A stretch of DNA of 60,683 nucleotides, filler included, from 4 parts of 4 records of this genome joined end to end with filler, not necessarily neighbours in it, one strand, 5' to 3'; positions 28,701-37,384 are shown, numbered from the whole stretch's first letter. Program-made: numbers and translations. Notes: generated from the sequence alone by a model not told the origin.

Positions 28701-29060
28701 GATGCCATCAAGAACGAGGAGGAGTTGAATAAATTTTCTGCCATGTTGCTGGATAGATTTGGTCCTTTACCAGAATCGGTGACCGATTTGATGGAAACGG
28801 TACGCTTGCGATGGAAAGCAGAAAAGCTTGGAATTGAAAAACTTGTATTGAAAGGCAATCTTATGAAATGCCATTTGCTTCCTTCCAGCCGAGATGATTA
28901 CTATTCCTCCGATATTTTCCAAAAAGTTATGCGATTTGCGCAGATGAATAGTAAACTTTGCAAAATAAAGGAGTACAAGAATCGTTTGATTCTTACATTA
29001 TCGAATGTTTCTACGATTTCCAAAGCGCAGATCAAGCTAAAAGAAATGAATGAAGCCTAA
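25707..29060 (+). CDS. mfd: transcription-repair coupling factor
   Basis: UvrB-like N-terminus, CarD-like domain (HVDYGVGRF), GDVGFGKT, DEEQKFG, TATPIPRT, QMRGRVGRS and TRCF C-terminus; TTG start. Confidence 0.97.
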   Translation: MDRQDFLSIYQSDPIFQTIAHEISSGEKLTYQIKGLSGSLDMVLFSALYQAKGGFHLIVAQDKEEAAYLNSDLQNLLNTEEHMIFPSSFKRAYQYEEIDNANVLMRSEILNLVLEEKGKSRIIITYPEAIYERVINKRSLLENTFSAKVGEQVDMEFVSEILASYDFERTEFVYEPGQFAIRGGILDVFSFSNEHPYRLELFGKEIESIRTFDPESQLSIASVDQIALIPNVQTKLLQEVRQSFLGFLPEETIIWIKDYQLTLDVMDECFHKASLAFDQIVKKTNNTKTVLGPGDLFDKGSDFATLSTNFSRVEFGKQFYLKNAKQSSWESQPQASFNKNFNLLVTQLSENEKKGFVNVLTAENAKQIDRLLGIFKELDPTLQVQSMLLGLREGFDDKQSKIACFTDHQLFERFHRYKTRDKASKSKALTIKELKALHPGDYIVHVDYGVGRFAGLEKVDVAGKMQEAVRLIFRDDDLLYVNIHSLHKISKFSGQEGTVPSMSKLGSPDWENKKSRAKKQVKDIAKDLIALYAKRRSAAGFAFSQDSVLQIELESSFIYEDTPDQASATQDVKSDMEKSYPMDRLVCGDVGFGKTEVAIRAAFKAVNDRKQVAILVPTTILAMQHYQTFSERLENFPVKVEYINRFRTAKEIKEIIAQVKTGEIDILVGTHRIVNKDIEFKDLGLLVIDEEQKFGVKVKDQLKNLRLNVDVLTLTATPIPRTLHFSLMGARDLSVIATPPPNRQPVTTEVQTFQEEVIRDAVSYELRRGGQVFFVHNRVGEIDSIANLIMKLVPDSRVVGAHGQMDGKKLEKVMVDFIHHEYDVLVSTNIIESGLDIPNANTIIINRAHMFGMSDLHQMRGRVGRSNKKAFCYLLTQPMSGLTAEARKRMQTLEEFSDLGDGFKVAMKDLDIRGAGNLLGAEQSGFITDLGFEMYHKILDEAVQELKENEFAALFETDLAEKVKVLVQDCTIETDLELLIPEEYVGNISERLGLYSKLDAIKNEEELNKFSAMLLDRFGPLPESVTDLMETVRLRWKAEKLGIEKLVLKGNLMKCHLLPSSRDDYYSSDIFQKVMRFAQMNSKLCKIKEYKNRLILTLSNVSTISKAQIKLKEMNEA

Positions 29061-29076
29061 TTTTGAAATATTTTAA

Positions 29077-29092
29077 TGGCATAAAAATTGCA
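29077..29092 (+). promoter_or_regulatory. sigma54 -24/-12 promoter upstream of gldJ
   Basis: TGGCATAAAAATTGCA = TGGCA(T)-N5-TTGCA with exact GG-N10-GC spacing. Confidence 0.6.
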
Positions 29093-29237
29093 GATTTGCC
29101 TACCGATTTTGTTGATTTTCTGGGATTTTGGTGGTTTTTTGCCAAATGGAATAAAAGGACTTCAACTCAAATCATTGGAAGTGCTTTACATTGCAATTAT
29201 ATTAGCACACTGAAAAAGACCTAAAACAATTACAAAT

Positions 29238-30464
29238 ATGCGTCTGAGTAACAAATCTTGGGGAATGTGGGTAGCAGCTTTGGCAATAGTCGGAAGCTCT
29301 ATTTTAACCTCTTGTAACAAAACTCCTGGGTACGGCAGAAGAACTGCGAATAAGCCTGGTAAAAAAAGTGCTACGACCGGAGCAGAGTTCAGTTTTGATG
29401 AAAATGATTCTACCCAATTTTTTGTAGCTAAAAATGCCGAGCAAATCCCAGGTCCAAACTTGAAATTCATCCAAGGTGGTAGAGCTGTTTTAGGCTCTCA
29501 GGAAGAAGATGTGATGGCGTTCCGTGATAATCAGGAAAGAACTGTAACACTTTCAAACTTCTACCTTGATGAAACTGAAGTCACTAATAATGATTTTAGA
29601 GAGTTTCTTTTCGATATGAAGAAAAAAGTGAGTGCAGATTCACTTCTAAAACTTGAGCCAAAGGATAATGTATGGGCAGGAGGGGAAATGTCATTCAACG
29701 ACATGTACCAGTCTTATTATTTCAGATTTCCAGGTTTCAATTTCTATCCTGTAGCTGGTGTTTCTTGGACTCAGGCTAATGCTTACTCAAAATGGAGAAC
29801 AGAATATGTTCAGGAGATTATCAGAAAAGAAAGAGAAATAGATTCAACTTTCACTAAAAATCAACTGATAGAAAGAGGCGTTGCTCTGGCTGACTATAGA
29901 TTGCCTACTGAGGCTGAATGGGAGTATGCTGCTAAAGCAATGATTGGTACCCAATACCTTGACGAAAATCAAGAATACGGTAGAATCTATCCTTGGGATG
30001 GGAGAGGTGTTCGTAACCCATATAATGTAAAAAGAAAAGGTAAGCAGGGTGATTTCCTTGCCAACTTCAAAAGAGGTAGAGGTGATTACGGTGGAATCTC
30101 AGGTGGTCAGAGAAATGATGGAGATATCATTCCTACTAACGTTTATGATATGGCTCCAAATGATTTTGGACTGTACCACATGGCAGGAAATATGAACGAA
30201 TGGGTTCAAGATATTTACCGACCACTTTCTTACCAAGATTTTGATGACCTTAACCCAGTTAGAAGTAACGGCTTAGGGGATGAGGAAGATACTTATATGA
30301 CTTCCATGCTTACAGATGAGCTTAGAGTTTATAAAGGAGGTTCTTGGAGAGATGTAGCTTATTGGTTAGCTCCAGGTACCAGAAGGTTTATGCATCAAGA
30401 TTCAGCTACCAATCATATTGGTTTTAGATGTGCCATGATCTCTATCGGCGAGAAAGGCAACTAA
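29238..30464 (+). CDS. gldJ: gliding motility lipoprotein GldJ (FGE-sulfatase/SUMF1 fold)
   Basis: Lipobox LTSC; KSATTG, FYLDETEVTN, YRLPTEAEWEYAA, ANFKRGRGDY, GNMNEWVQDIYRP, APGTRRF and GFRCAM. Confidence 0.85.
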   Translation: MRLSNKSWGMWVAALAIVGSSILTSCNKTPGYGRRTANKPGKKSATTGAEFSFDENDSTQFFVAKNAEQIPGPNLKFIQGGRAVLGSQEEDVMAFRDNQERTVTLSNFYLDETEVTNNDFREFLFDMKKKVSADSLLKLEPKDNVWAGGEMSFNDMYQSYYFRFPGFNFYPVAGVSWTQANAYSKWRTEYVQEIIRKEREIDSTFTKNQLIERGVALADYRLPTEAEWEYAAKAMIGTQYLDENQEYGRIYPWDGRGVRNPYNVKRKGKQGDFLANFKRGRGDYGGISGGQRNDGDIIPTNVYDMAPNDFGLYHMAGNMNEWVQDIYRPLSYQDFDDLNPVRSNGLGDEEDTYMTSMLTDELRVYKGGSWRDVAYWLAPGTRRFMHQDSATNHIGFRCAMISIGEKGN

Positions 30465-30481
30465 GAAATATCGAATTCACG

Positions 30482-30517
30482 AAAAGCCCCACCAATTGAT
30501 TTTGGTGGGGCTTTTTT
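30482..30517. terminator. bidirectional intrinsic terminator
   Basis: AAAAGCCCCACCAA-N6-TTGGTGGGGCTTTTTT between convergent genes. Confidence 0.9.
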
Positions 30518-30537
30518 CATGTAAATTCATTAATGCT

Positions 30538-31143
30538 CTATTTCGCTGGCTTCATCACACCAGCATTGATTGCCACAGAAATGTCATTTTCCTTAGGAGG
30601 AATAGGGCAGGCATATCCAGCCACATAGGCGCAATAAGGATTGTAGGCTTTGTTGAAATCCAATTCAATGGTGTCTCCATTAGGAATGCTCAAGCCCATG
30701 TATCTTCCACCTCCATACGTTTCAATTCCGTTTGTCAGATCAGTAAAAGGTAAAAAGAGATAGTCTTTGTATTTTTCCTGAGTTCGTAGTTGGTGGCTTT
30801 GGTAGATATTCAATTGATATTCTTTACCATCTAAGGTAAACGTCGCAATCCCGTAGATGTCATAGTCTTTTATCGAGTTTGCAGTAGTTTTCATTTGAAA
30901 TAAACTATGAGGAGGAAGCTTTTCAAATTTGGCTATTACATGAAATTTTTCATCAATTGGATAATAATCATGTCCTGTAAAGGCAAGTTGTTGCTTCTCA
31001 GATAATGGCGATTCATCAGGATTTTTAAATTCTTCATTCAGTTCACGCTGAAATTCTAGAATTGAAGCTTTGTAGTCATTTTGAGCATATAGCTTATTTG
31101 AAAGCCCGATAAATGCTAGAGAGAAAATCAGTAGTGCTTTCAT
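30538..31143 (-). CDS. DUF1684 family protein
   Basis: Signal peptide; LFLPFTDLTNG-ETYGGGRY; LDFNKAYNPYCAY...CPIPP-EN. Confidence 0.9.
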   Translation of the reverse strand: MKALLIFSLAFIGLSNKLYAQNDYKASILEFQRELNEEFKNPDESPLSEKQQLAFTGHDYYPIDEKFHVIAKFEKLPPHSLFQMKTTANSIKDYDIYGIATFTLDGKEYQLNIYQSHQLRTQEKYKDYLFLPFTDLTNGIETYGGGRYMGLSIPNGDTIELDFNKAYNPYCAYVAGYACPIPPKENDISVAINAGVMKPAK

Positions 31144-31339
31144 AGGGAGTTTATTTTAAATTCAGTTTGACTTGGTAATTTTTATATAAGCCAAATTAGA
31201 ATCTAAAAGTGAATTTTAGAAGATTTTTCCATTCGACCCGAATAAAAGGGAAGTAAAATTCTAAGCGCTTCATTTTCAATGCTTAGGCAAATCTCATTAA
31301 ATTGATAATCTGATAGTAAACTTTTAACCTATACAAATT

Positions 31340-32329
31340 ATGGAAAGCAAAAATGGATTTTTGAAAATGAGTATTGCTGAATTTATTCCTTGGATACATG
31401 CCCAGCGCATAGCTCGCACCATTATCACTATTCAACAGCATCACACATGGAGCCCTAACTACACCCATTTCAACGGTAGAAATCATTTCGACAGACAATC
31501 AGCCATGAAAAATCATCATGTTCGAAATAATGGCTGGAGTGATATAGGGCAGCATTTTACGACCTTTCCAGATGGGACCATAGTTACCGGAAGGTCTTTA
31601 GAAGCTACTCCAGCTTGTATTTTTGGTGCCAATAGAGACTCCATTTGTATCGAACATCTAGGTAATTTTGATAAAGATGGTGATGCAATGACAAACGAGC
31701 ACAGAGATACCATAATTCAGATGACTGCAGTTCTTTGTGATAAATTTAGACTGCCAGTGAATACGTTTAGTATCATTTATCACCATTGGTTTGAACTCAG
31801 TACTGGGAAGAGGAATAATGGAACCGGCGGCAATAAGTCTTGTCCAGGTTCAAATTTCTTTGGTGGAAATAAAGTTGAGGATTGTAAGTCTTTCTTTCTT
31901 CCGTTTGTAGAACAGGCTATTCAAGGATCCCATCTGACCATTGCTCCTCCTGCTATTGAAAAATATGTAGCAGTGACAGCTAATCTACTTAATGTACGTA
32001 CCGCACCAAATGGGTCTTCTGCAAAAGCTCCAGATAGACAGGCTGCTCAATTAGGAGCAATTTTGAGAATCTACGATGAATCCAATGGGTGGCTTAAAAT
32101 ATCAAATAGTCAATCACACTGGGTTTATGGAAGATACACAACTGAGGTTCAAAGAGCTACTATTAATGCAAATGTGCTTCGAGTAAGGAGTGGTCCTGGG
32201 ACAGCATATCCAATCGTAGATAACCTGATGAAGTCAGAAGAAGTATTCATATCCAAAGAATCAGATGGCTGGTGCAAAATGAGTTTGGAGGAAAAATGGT
32301 TAAGTAAAAGCTATTTGGATTTCAAATAA
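31340..32329 (+). CDS. N-acetylmuramoyl-L-alanine amidase (Amidase_2) with two SH3b-like domains
   Basis: HHT, GWSDIGQH, ICIEHLG, YHH and KSCPG zinc motifs; LNVRTAP and LRVRSGPGT SH3b repeats; no signal peptide. Confidence 0.85.
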   Translation: MESKNGFLKMSIAEFIPWIHAQRIARTIITIQQHHTWSPNYTHFNGRNHFDRQSAMKNHHVRNNGWSDIGQHFTTFPDGTIVTGRSLEATPACIFGANRDSICIEHLGNFDKDGDAMTNEHRDTIIQMTAVLCDKFRLPVNTFSIIYHHWFELSTGKRNNGTGGNKSCPGSNFFGGNKVEDCKSFFLPFVEQAIQGSHLTIAPPAIEKYVAVTANLLNVRTAPNGSSAKAPDRQAAQLGAILRIYDESNGWLKISNSQSHWVYGRYTTEVQRATINANVLRVRSGPGTAYPIVDNLMKSEEVFISKESDGWCKMSLEEKWLSKSYLDFK

Positions 32330-32413
32330 TCTTGGAAAAAGATTTACCTAATTTACCCGATATGTGAGTTGATTTCTCATTTCGTGGAACTTCTCTAATT
32401 CCTTTTGCTACTT

Positions 32414-32454
32414 AAACCCGTCTATCTAACCGTTAAGACGGGTTTCCCTTTTTT
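32414..32454 (+). terminator. stem-loop after the amidase gene
   Basis: AAACCCGTCT-N12-AGACGGGTTT followed by CCCTTTTTT. Confidence 0.55.
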
Positions 32455-32541
32455 GGAATATTCTTCGCTTTATTAAAAGTGCTTCCAAACCGAAGCTGCT
32501 TTCTGGCAAAGAGAGTAATTGCCAACTTAACCACTAAAACT

Positions 32542-33102
32542 ATGAGTTTATTAAAAGATGTAAGAGTAGCAATATTAGCTACGAATGGATTTGAAGAATC
32601 AGAATTAGTAGAACCAAAACGTGCCCTTGAAAAAGAAGGTGCTGAAGTATTAATTATCTCACCGGAAAATGATGAAATCAAAGGCTGGAAGAATGGAAAT
32701 TGGAGTGATGCCATAAAAGTAGATGCAAGAGTAGATCAAGTAAGTTCGACTGACTTTGATTCCTTACTGATCCCTGGAGGCGTAATCAATCCTGATTTAT
32801 TAAGAAGAGATATGACTTCTGTGAATTTTGTCAAAAGCTTTTTCGAAGATCATAAACCGGTGGCGGCTATTTGCCATGGCCCTCAAATGCTTATAGAAGC
32901 TGAAGTGACCAACGGCCGTACCTTGACATCCTTTGCGTCAATAAGAAAGGACCTTGAAAATTCCGGGGCACATTGGGTAGATGAAGAAGTAGTCGTGGAT
33001 AGCGGCTTAGTCACATCACGAAGCCCGAAAGATCTGCCTGCATTTAATAAAAAAATGGTAGAGGAATTCCGGGAAGGAAAACACGCTGGACAAACAGCTT
33101 AA
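32542..33102 (+). CDS. PfpI/DJ-1 family protein (type 1 glutamine amidotransferase-like domain)
   Basis: GFEESEL, IPGGVINPD and nucleophile motif AICHGP. Start moved to the ATG at 32542 (MSLLKD). Confidence 0.92.
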   Translation: MSLLKDVRVAILATNGFEESELVEPKRALEKEGAEVLIISPENDEIKGWKNGNWSDAIKVDARVDQVSSTDFDSLLIPGGVINPDLLRRDMTSVNFVKSFFEDHKPVAAICHGPQMLIEAEVTNGRTLTSFASIRKDLENSGAHWVDEEVVVDSGLVTSRSPKDLPAFNKKMVEEFREGKHAGQTA

Positions 33103-33110
33103 TATAGAAG

Positions 33111-33135
33111 AGCCCGATTTATCGGGCTTTTTTTT
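33111..33135 (+). terminator. intrinsic terminator
   Basis: AGCCCGA-TTTA-TCGGGCT followed by a U tract. Confidence 0.85.
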
Positions 33136-33209
33136 ATTTGATGCTTATCGTATTCAGTTAACATAAAACTATTAATACATACTGTTTTGAAATCTTAACA
33201 TCGGTATTG

Positions 33210-33234
33210 TGAACACAGCATTTTAGAAAGCGTA
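33210..33234 (+). promoter_or_regulatory. candidate ECF (SigW/RpoE-like) promoter
   Basis: TGAAC-N16-CGTA, 36 nt before the ATG at 33271. Confidence 0.4.
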
Positions 33235-33270
33235 CTATTATTACGTTATTCATAGTTAAACTGCATTTAT

Positions 33271-35154
33271 ATGAAAAGACTTTCCATTGCCTTACTGTTT
33301 TCTTTGTTAACCATACTTGCTTATTCGCAGGAGATCAAGGAAACTTCTTTTAAATCCGAAATCCAAGAAGTCACGGTATTTCTCTCAGGTGCGCAGATTT
33401 TTGAAACAGCCTCTGGGCAGCTTTCTGCAGGCGAATCATTTATTTTAATTAAGGGCCTTTCGCCCTATGTGGATGAAAAGAGTATTCAGGTCAAAGGTAT
33501 GGGTGATTTTACCATTCAGGCTGTAAATAAGCGCTTGGATTACCTCTCTGAGCAAAAAACAGGGGAGAAAGTTAAAATGCTACAGGATTCTATTTTGGCA
33601 ATCCAAAGAAACCAAAGTATAGAAAAAGGGCGCCTGGAAGTGCTAAAGGAAAAAACCAGTTTGCTTAATGCCAATAAGAATATCGGCGGAACTCAGAATG
33701 GAGCTAGTCTGACAGAATTGAAACAGGCGATGGATTTTTACGATGCTGAGCTGATGAAAATCAAAGCTGAGGAACTGAAAATACAAGCGAATCTTCAAAA
33801 GGAAAATGAGGAGATGAATAAGCTCAGCAATCAAATTGCTGCAATGCAGGAATCTGGTAATGAATCAACCACCGAAATCAGAATCAGAGTGAAAGCAGAA
33901 CGAGCAGGTGCTGCCAATTTTGAAATCAATTACCTGGTTGCTAATGCAGGATGGTACCCAAAATACGATGTGCGTGTAAAAGATGTGAGTTCCCCACTTT
34001 CCTTGACGTATAAGGCAGAAGTTTATCAAAATACCGGAGTTGACTGGAAGGACGTGAAACTGAGATTTTCCAACGGTAACCCAAACCAAGGCGGACAAAT
34101 CCCTGATTTAGAAAAATGGGAATTGAATTTTGCCAGATTGACCACTTTCAATCCTAGGACTCAAAACTTCGGGTCAGTTTCTGGCAGAATTACAAGTGCT
34201 TCTGACGGTAGCCCTCTTCCGGGTGCAAATGTGGTAGTTTCTGGAACATCGTTAGGTACAGTTGCAGATATGGAGGGAAATTACTCGATAACTTTGCCTT
34301 CAGGGGCAAACCAATTGAGCGCACATTATATAGGTTATCTATCTCAAGAGGTTTTTGTGAATTCATCAAGAGTAAATATTTCTTTAATGGAAGATGCCGT
34401 CGCTTTGGATGAGGTGGTTGTGGTAGGGTATGGCACTCAAAGTAAGAAAGCTTTAGAAGGCAAGGTTTCTGGTGTTAAGATTAGAGGTACTAATTCCCTG
34501 AATTCTTCACCAGCTCAAGCGCTACAGACTTCCGTAGTAGAAAACCAAACCACAGTAGAAATCGAAGTTGCAGAGCCTTACTCTATCAAATCCAATGGGG
34601 AGAAAACCTTGGTTGATCTGAAAAATTATGAGGTAGATGCTGCCTACAGTTATTCGGTTGTACCTAAACTTGATAATGATGCATTCCTGATTGCTGAGAT
34701 TGCCGATTGGAGTCAATACAGTTTGCTGGAAGGAGAAAGCAATCTATACTTCGAAGATGGCTTTGTAGGCAGATCAATATTGAATGGATCTTCATTGCAG
34801 GATACCTTGGAAATCTCCATGGGACGGGATAGAAGCATTGTGATCCAACGGGAGAAAAATGATGAATTTTCGAAAAAACGAGCTATTGGGTCAAACATTA
34901 CAGAGAGTCGCGAGTACAAAATCACAGTGAAAAACAATAAATCTCAGCCCGTGACGATCAATGTGGAAGATCAGATTCCTGTTTCTGTGAATTCTGATAT
35001 TACCGTCGAGGCATTAGGACTTTCTGGGGGTAAATTAGATCCGAATACTGGATTAGTCACTTGGACTATAACTTTGCAGCCGGGGGCTCAACAAGAGCTC
35101 AAACTTCAGTACGAAGTGAAATATCCAAAGCGGGAAAAAGTGATTTTGGATTAA
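33271..35154 (+). CDS. DUF4140-DUF4139 (MuiA-like) protein with an inserted carboxypeptidase-regulatory-like (SusC N-terminal) domain
   Basis: Signal peptide; VTVFLSGAQ; coiled coil; YLVANAGWYPKYDVR and QNTGVDW; insert PLPGANVVV...GTVADMEGNYSI...LDEVVVVGYG; VEDQIPVS. Confidence 0.85.
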   Translation: MKRLSIALLFSLLTILAYSQEIKETSFKSEIQEVTVFLSGAQIFETASGQLSAGESFILIKGLSPYVDEKSIQVKGMGDFTIQAVNKRLDYLSEQKTGEKVKMLQDSILAIQRNQSIEKGRLEVLKEKTSLLNANKNIGGTQNGASLTELKQAMDFYDAELMKIKAEELKIQANLQKENEEMNKLSNQIAAMQESGNESTTEIRIRVKAERAGAANFEINYLVANAGWYPKYDVRVKDVSSPLSLTYKAEVYQNTGVDWKDVKLRFSNGNPNQGGQIPDLEKWELNFARLTTFNPRTQNFGSVSGRITSASDGSPLPGANVVVSGTSLGTVADMEGNYSITLPSGANQLSAHYIGYLSQEVFVNSSRVNISLMEDAVALDEVVVVGYGTQSKKALEGKVSGVKIRGTNSLNSSPAQALQTSVVENQTTVEIEVAEPYSIKSNGEKTLVDLKNYEVDAAYSYSVVPKLDNDAFLIAEIADWSQYSLLEGESNLYFEDGFVGRSILNGSSLQDTLEISMGRDRSIVIQREKNDEFSKKRAIGSNITESREYKITVKNNKSQPVTINVEDQIPVSVNSDITVEALGLSGGKLDPNTGLVTWTITLQPGAQQELKLQYEVKYPKREKVILD

Positions 35155-35177
35155 GGTTGATGCTATGGTAAATAGCT

Positions 35178-35214
35178 AAAAAGGGGTTAAACAAGTATGT
35201 TTACCCCCTTTTTT
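35178..35214. terminator. bidirectional terminator
   Basis: AAAAAGGGGTTAAACA-AGTA-TGTTTACCCCCTTTTTT between convergent genes. Confidence 0.8.
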
Positions 35215-35238
35215 AATGGTCAGAAATGAATGAACTCC

Positions 35239-36462
35239 TTATTTCACTATCCAATAATTCAGATAGCCAGATGGGGTTTCTAGTACCACTTTGAATATGT
35301 CGGACTCTATTCCATTAAGGGAAAATGTTTTTTTCTCATCGGCTATATTTACCTCACTGACAAGCCAGTAATTATCTAAGCCGCCAGTTTTGAAGTTATT
35401 TGTTGTTGATACCCAAACTCTGCCTTTTTTGCCTTTGGAAAGAGATTTCCAGCTCATTGAGATTTCTCCATTTTTCGATTCAGCTTTCAGTCCACTTGCA
35501 TCCACTGCTCCAATGAATGGAGTTCCATCTAATTCCATTGCGATCTTCTTAGGAATGCTGAGTTCTAAATGATTTGCTATAGAAGGCAGAATGTCCACCA
35601 TCTCTGGTGTTTCCTCAAAATGTGAATTGGTGTTTTTTGAATTGGTGACTATCCATGTGGCACGTTCTCTTGCGCTATGACCTCCGTGATCAAAACCATC
35701 ATCAGTTCTTCCATGATCTGTAGTGATGACTATTAGCCAATCTTCTCCAAAAGTATCTTCTCTGAATTGAATTGCTTCCCAAACACGTCCGATTTGGATA
35801 TCTGCTTTTTTGACTCCATCCATCATTTCAGGACTATTGCCAAAGCCATGTCCCATATCATCGGAATATTCCAAATACATCCAGGATAAATCTGGAGCTT
35901 CCTCAGAAATGTAGCGGGCAGCTTCTTTGGAAACTGCTTCGTCTATTCTATGGATGTAAAATTTATCATCGTCATGAGGGAAATTCAAGCTGTCCAGCTC
36001 CAATCCGTCAAAATAATAGTCAAAAACAAAGTTTCCAGTTTGCGGTAAATTCGCCCCCACCAGTTTAGTTCTATTGTCTAGCCAAGTAGAGAAAATGGCC
36101 GTTTTCTTAGTTGGGTTAGCTTCTTTTAGTATTCTGAAAATTGTCCAGTAGTTATAATTCGGCGCCTTGATACTGTTTCCCCATACATTATGCTTATTCG
36201 CCCAAACTCCAGTTAATAAGGAATTATATCCCACTGCAGAAATAGTAGGCGTCTCAGAATATCCGCCCACTTCGCCTCCCATACTAGCTTTAGTAAATCC
36301 TCCAATTGCACTAATCTTGTCCATATTTGGAGTAGCCACCGTGTCGATTACATCTGCAGGAATTCCATCTAGGATTACGAATAACACTTTTTTGGAGTTG
36401 GTTTGAGCAAAACTGTGAGATGCAAACAAGGCAACGGCTGCAAGCGTTAAAATTCTTTTCAT
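35239..36462 (-). CDS. alkaline phosphatase superfamily protein (phosphodiesterase/nucleotide pyrophosphatase-like)
   Basis: Signal peptide; metal and nucleophile motifs ILDGIP, TISAVGY, DDMGH and TTDHG. Confidence 0.85.
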   Translation of the reverse strand: MKRILTLAAVALFASHSFAQTNSKKVLFVILDGIPADVIDTVATPNMDKISAIGGFTKASMGGEVGGYSETPTISAVGYNSLLTGVWANKHNVWGNSIKAPNYNYWTIFRILKEANPTKKTAIFSTWLDNRTKLVGANLPQTGNFVFDYYFDGLELDSLNFPHDDDKFYIHRIDEAVSKEAARYISEEAPDLSWMYLEYSDDMGHGFGNSPEMMDGVKKADIQIGRVWEAIQFREDTFGEDWLIVITTDHGRTDDGFDHGGHSARERATWIVTNSKNTNSHFEETPEMVDILPSIANHLELSIPKKIAMELDGTPFIGAVDASGLKAESKNGEISMSWKSLSKGKKGRVWVSTTNNFKTGGLDNYWLVSEVNIADEKKTFSLNGIESDIFKVVLETPSGYLNYWIVK

Positions 36463-36539
36463 TCTTGGCTATTTCTAAGAGATTCTAAAGTTACTCCCTA
36501 AAGTAAAAAATGAAATGGAATAGGTTTTTAGCTCCCCTG

Positions 36540-37049
36540 CTACTTCCGGTCCAATGTCATCTCCAAGAAGGTGTACCAGGTATCTCCTTGGTTGAATTCG
36601 CCGATTTCAAACCATTGACCTTTCTCATTTATTTTGATAATGTACCTGACCGATTCTGCAGGATACCAATAATATACATCCTCTTTTATTTCAGATTTGA
36701 AAGTCCCTTTTTGTCCAGATGGAAGGAATGATTGAAAATCAAACTGATTTTCTGCTCCGGAAGATGTGATGATGGCTAGCGCATTGTGAACAATTTTTCC
36801 ATCTGATTTACCTAATCCTTCAATTAGAATAGCCGTGGAATCTAGTTTGAACTGAATATTTTCAGTTTGTTCAAATGTACGTTTGACTCTATCTTGGCCC
36901 ATCGTCCACCCGGATCCTTCCCATTCCCCGACTAGAAAAGATAGTTTTTTCACTTCTGCTTGGAAAGATTTATCGGTTTCACTGCTTTGCGCAATTGATA
37001 GGTTTGTGATAACCGATAGAGCGAGTATTAGAATTGTTGATTTTTTCGT
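36540..37049 (-). CDS. exported beta-barrel-like hypothetical protein; probable start is an ACG codon at 37049
   Basis: LSFLVGEWEGSGW motif. The frame is open upstream of the GTG at 36953 and encodes a signal peptide, (T)KKSTILILALSVITNLSIA-QS. Confidence 0.65.
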   Translation of the reverse strand, partial: TKKSTILILALSVITNLSIAQSSETDKSFQAEVKKLSFLVGEWEGSGWTMGQDRVKRTFEQTENIQFKLDSTAILIEGLGKSDGKIVHNALAIITSSGAENQFDFQSFLPSGQKGTFKSEIKEDVYYWYPAESVRYIIKINEKGQWFEIGEFNQGDTWYTFLEMTLDRK

Positions 37050-37096
37050 AATTTCTATAAAATGGTTTATACTATAAACTAAATATTCAAATTTTT

Positions 37097-37384
37097 TTAA
37101 GTGATGTAATTTTTAAGATTTTCAACATAACTCTCAAAAGCTCTAACACCTTTTTGTGTTACAGAGCAGGTAGTTAGCGGTCGTTTTCCTTTAAATGACT
37201 TTGTTATTCTGATATACTCGGCTTTGTCAAGTTTATCCAACTGTACACTTAGATTTCCTGCAGTTGATTCAGTTTTCTCTTTGAGAAAGGTGAATTCTGC
37301 TGACTCCACGCTGATTAGGATGGACATAACGGCTAGGCGCAACTGCGAATGTAAAAGAGGGTCTAATGGCTTAAACTCGCTCAC
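37097..37384 (-). CDS. winged-helix DNA-binding protein (HTH_34-like)
   Basis: LDPLLHSQLRLAVMSIL...TAGNLSVQLDKL...KSFKGKRPLT. Confidence 0.85.
   Translation of the reverse strand: MSEFKPLDPLLHSQLRLAVMSILISVESAEFTFLKEKTESTAGNLSVQLDKLDKAEYIRITKSFKGKRPLTTCSVTQKGVRAFESYVENLKNYIT

Noticed and set aside
32479..32541. 21-aa N-terminal extension of PfpI in the ORF track
   Set aside because: It begins at a GTG in poor context; the family-like sequence begins at the ATG at 32542, which has an A-rich leader.
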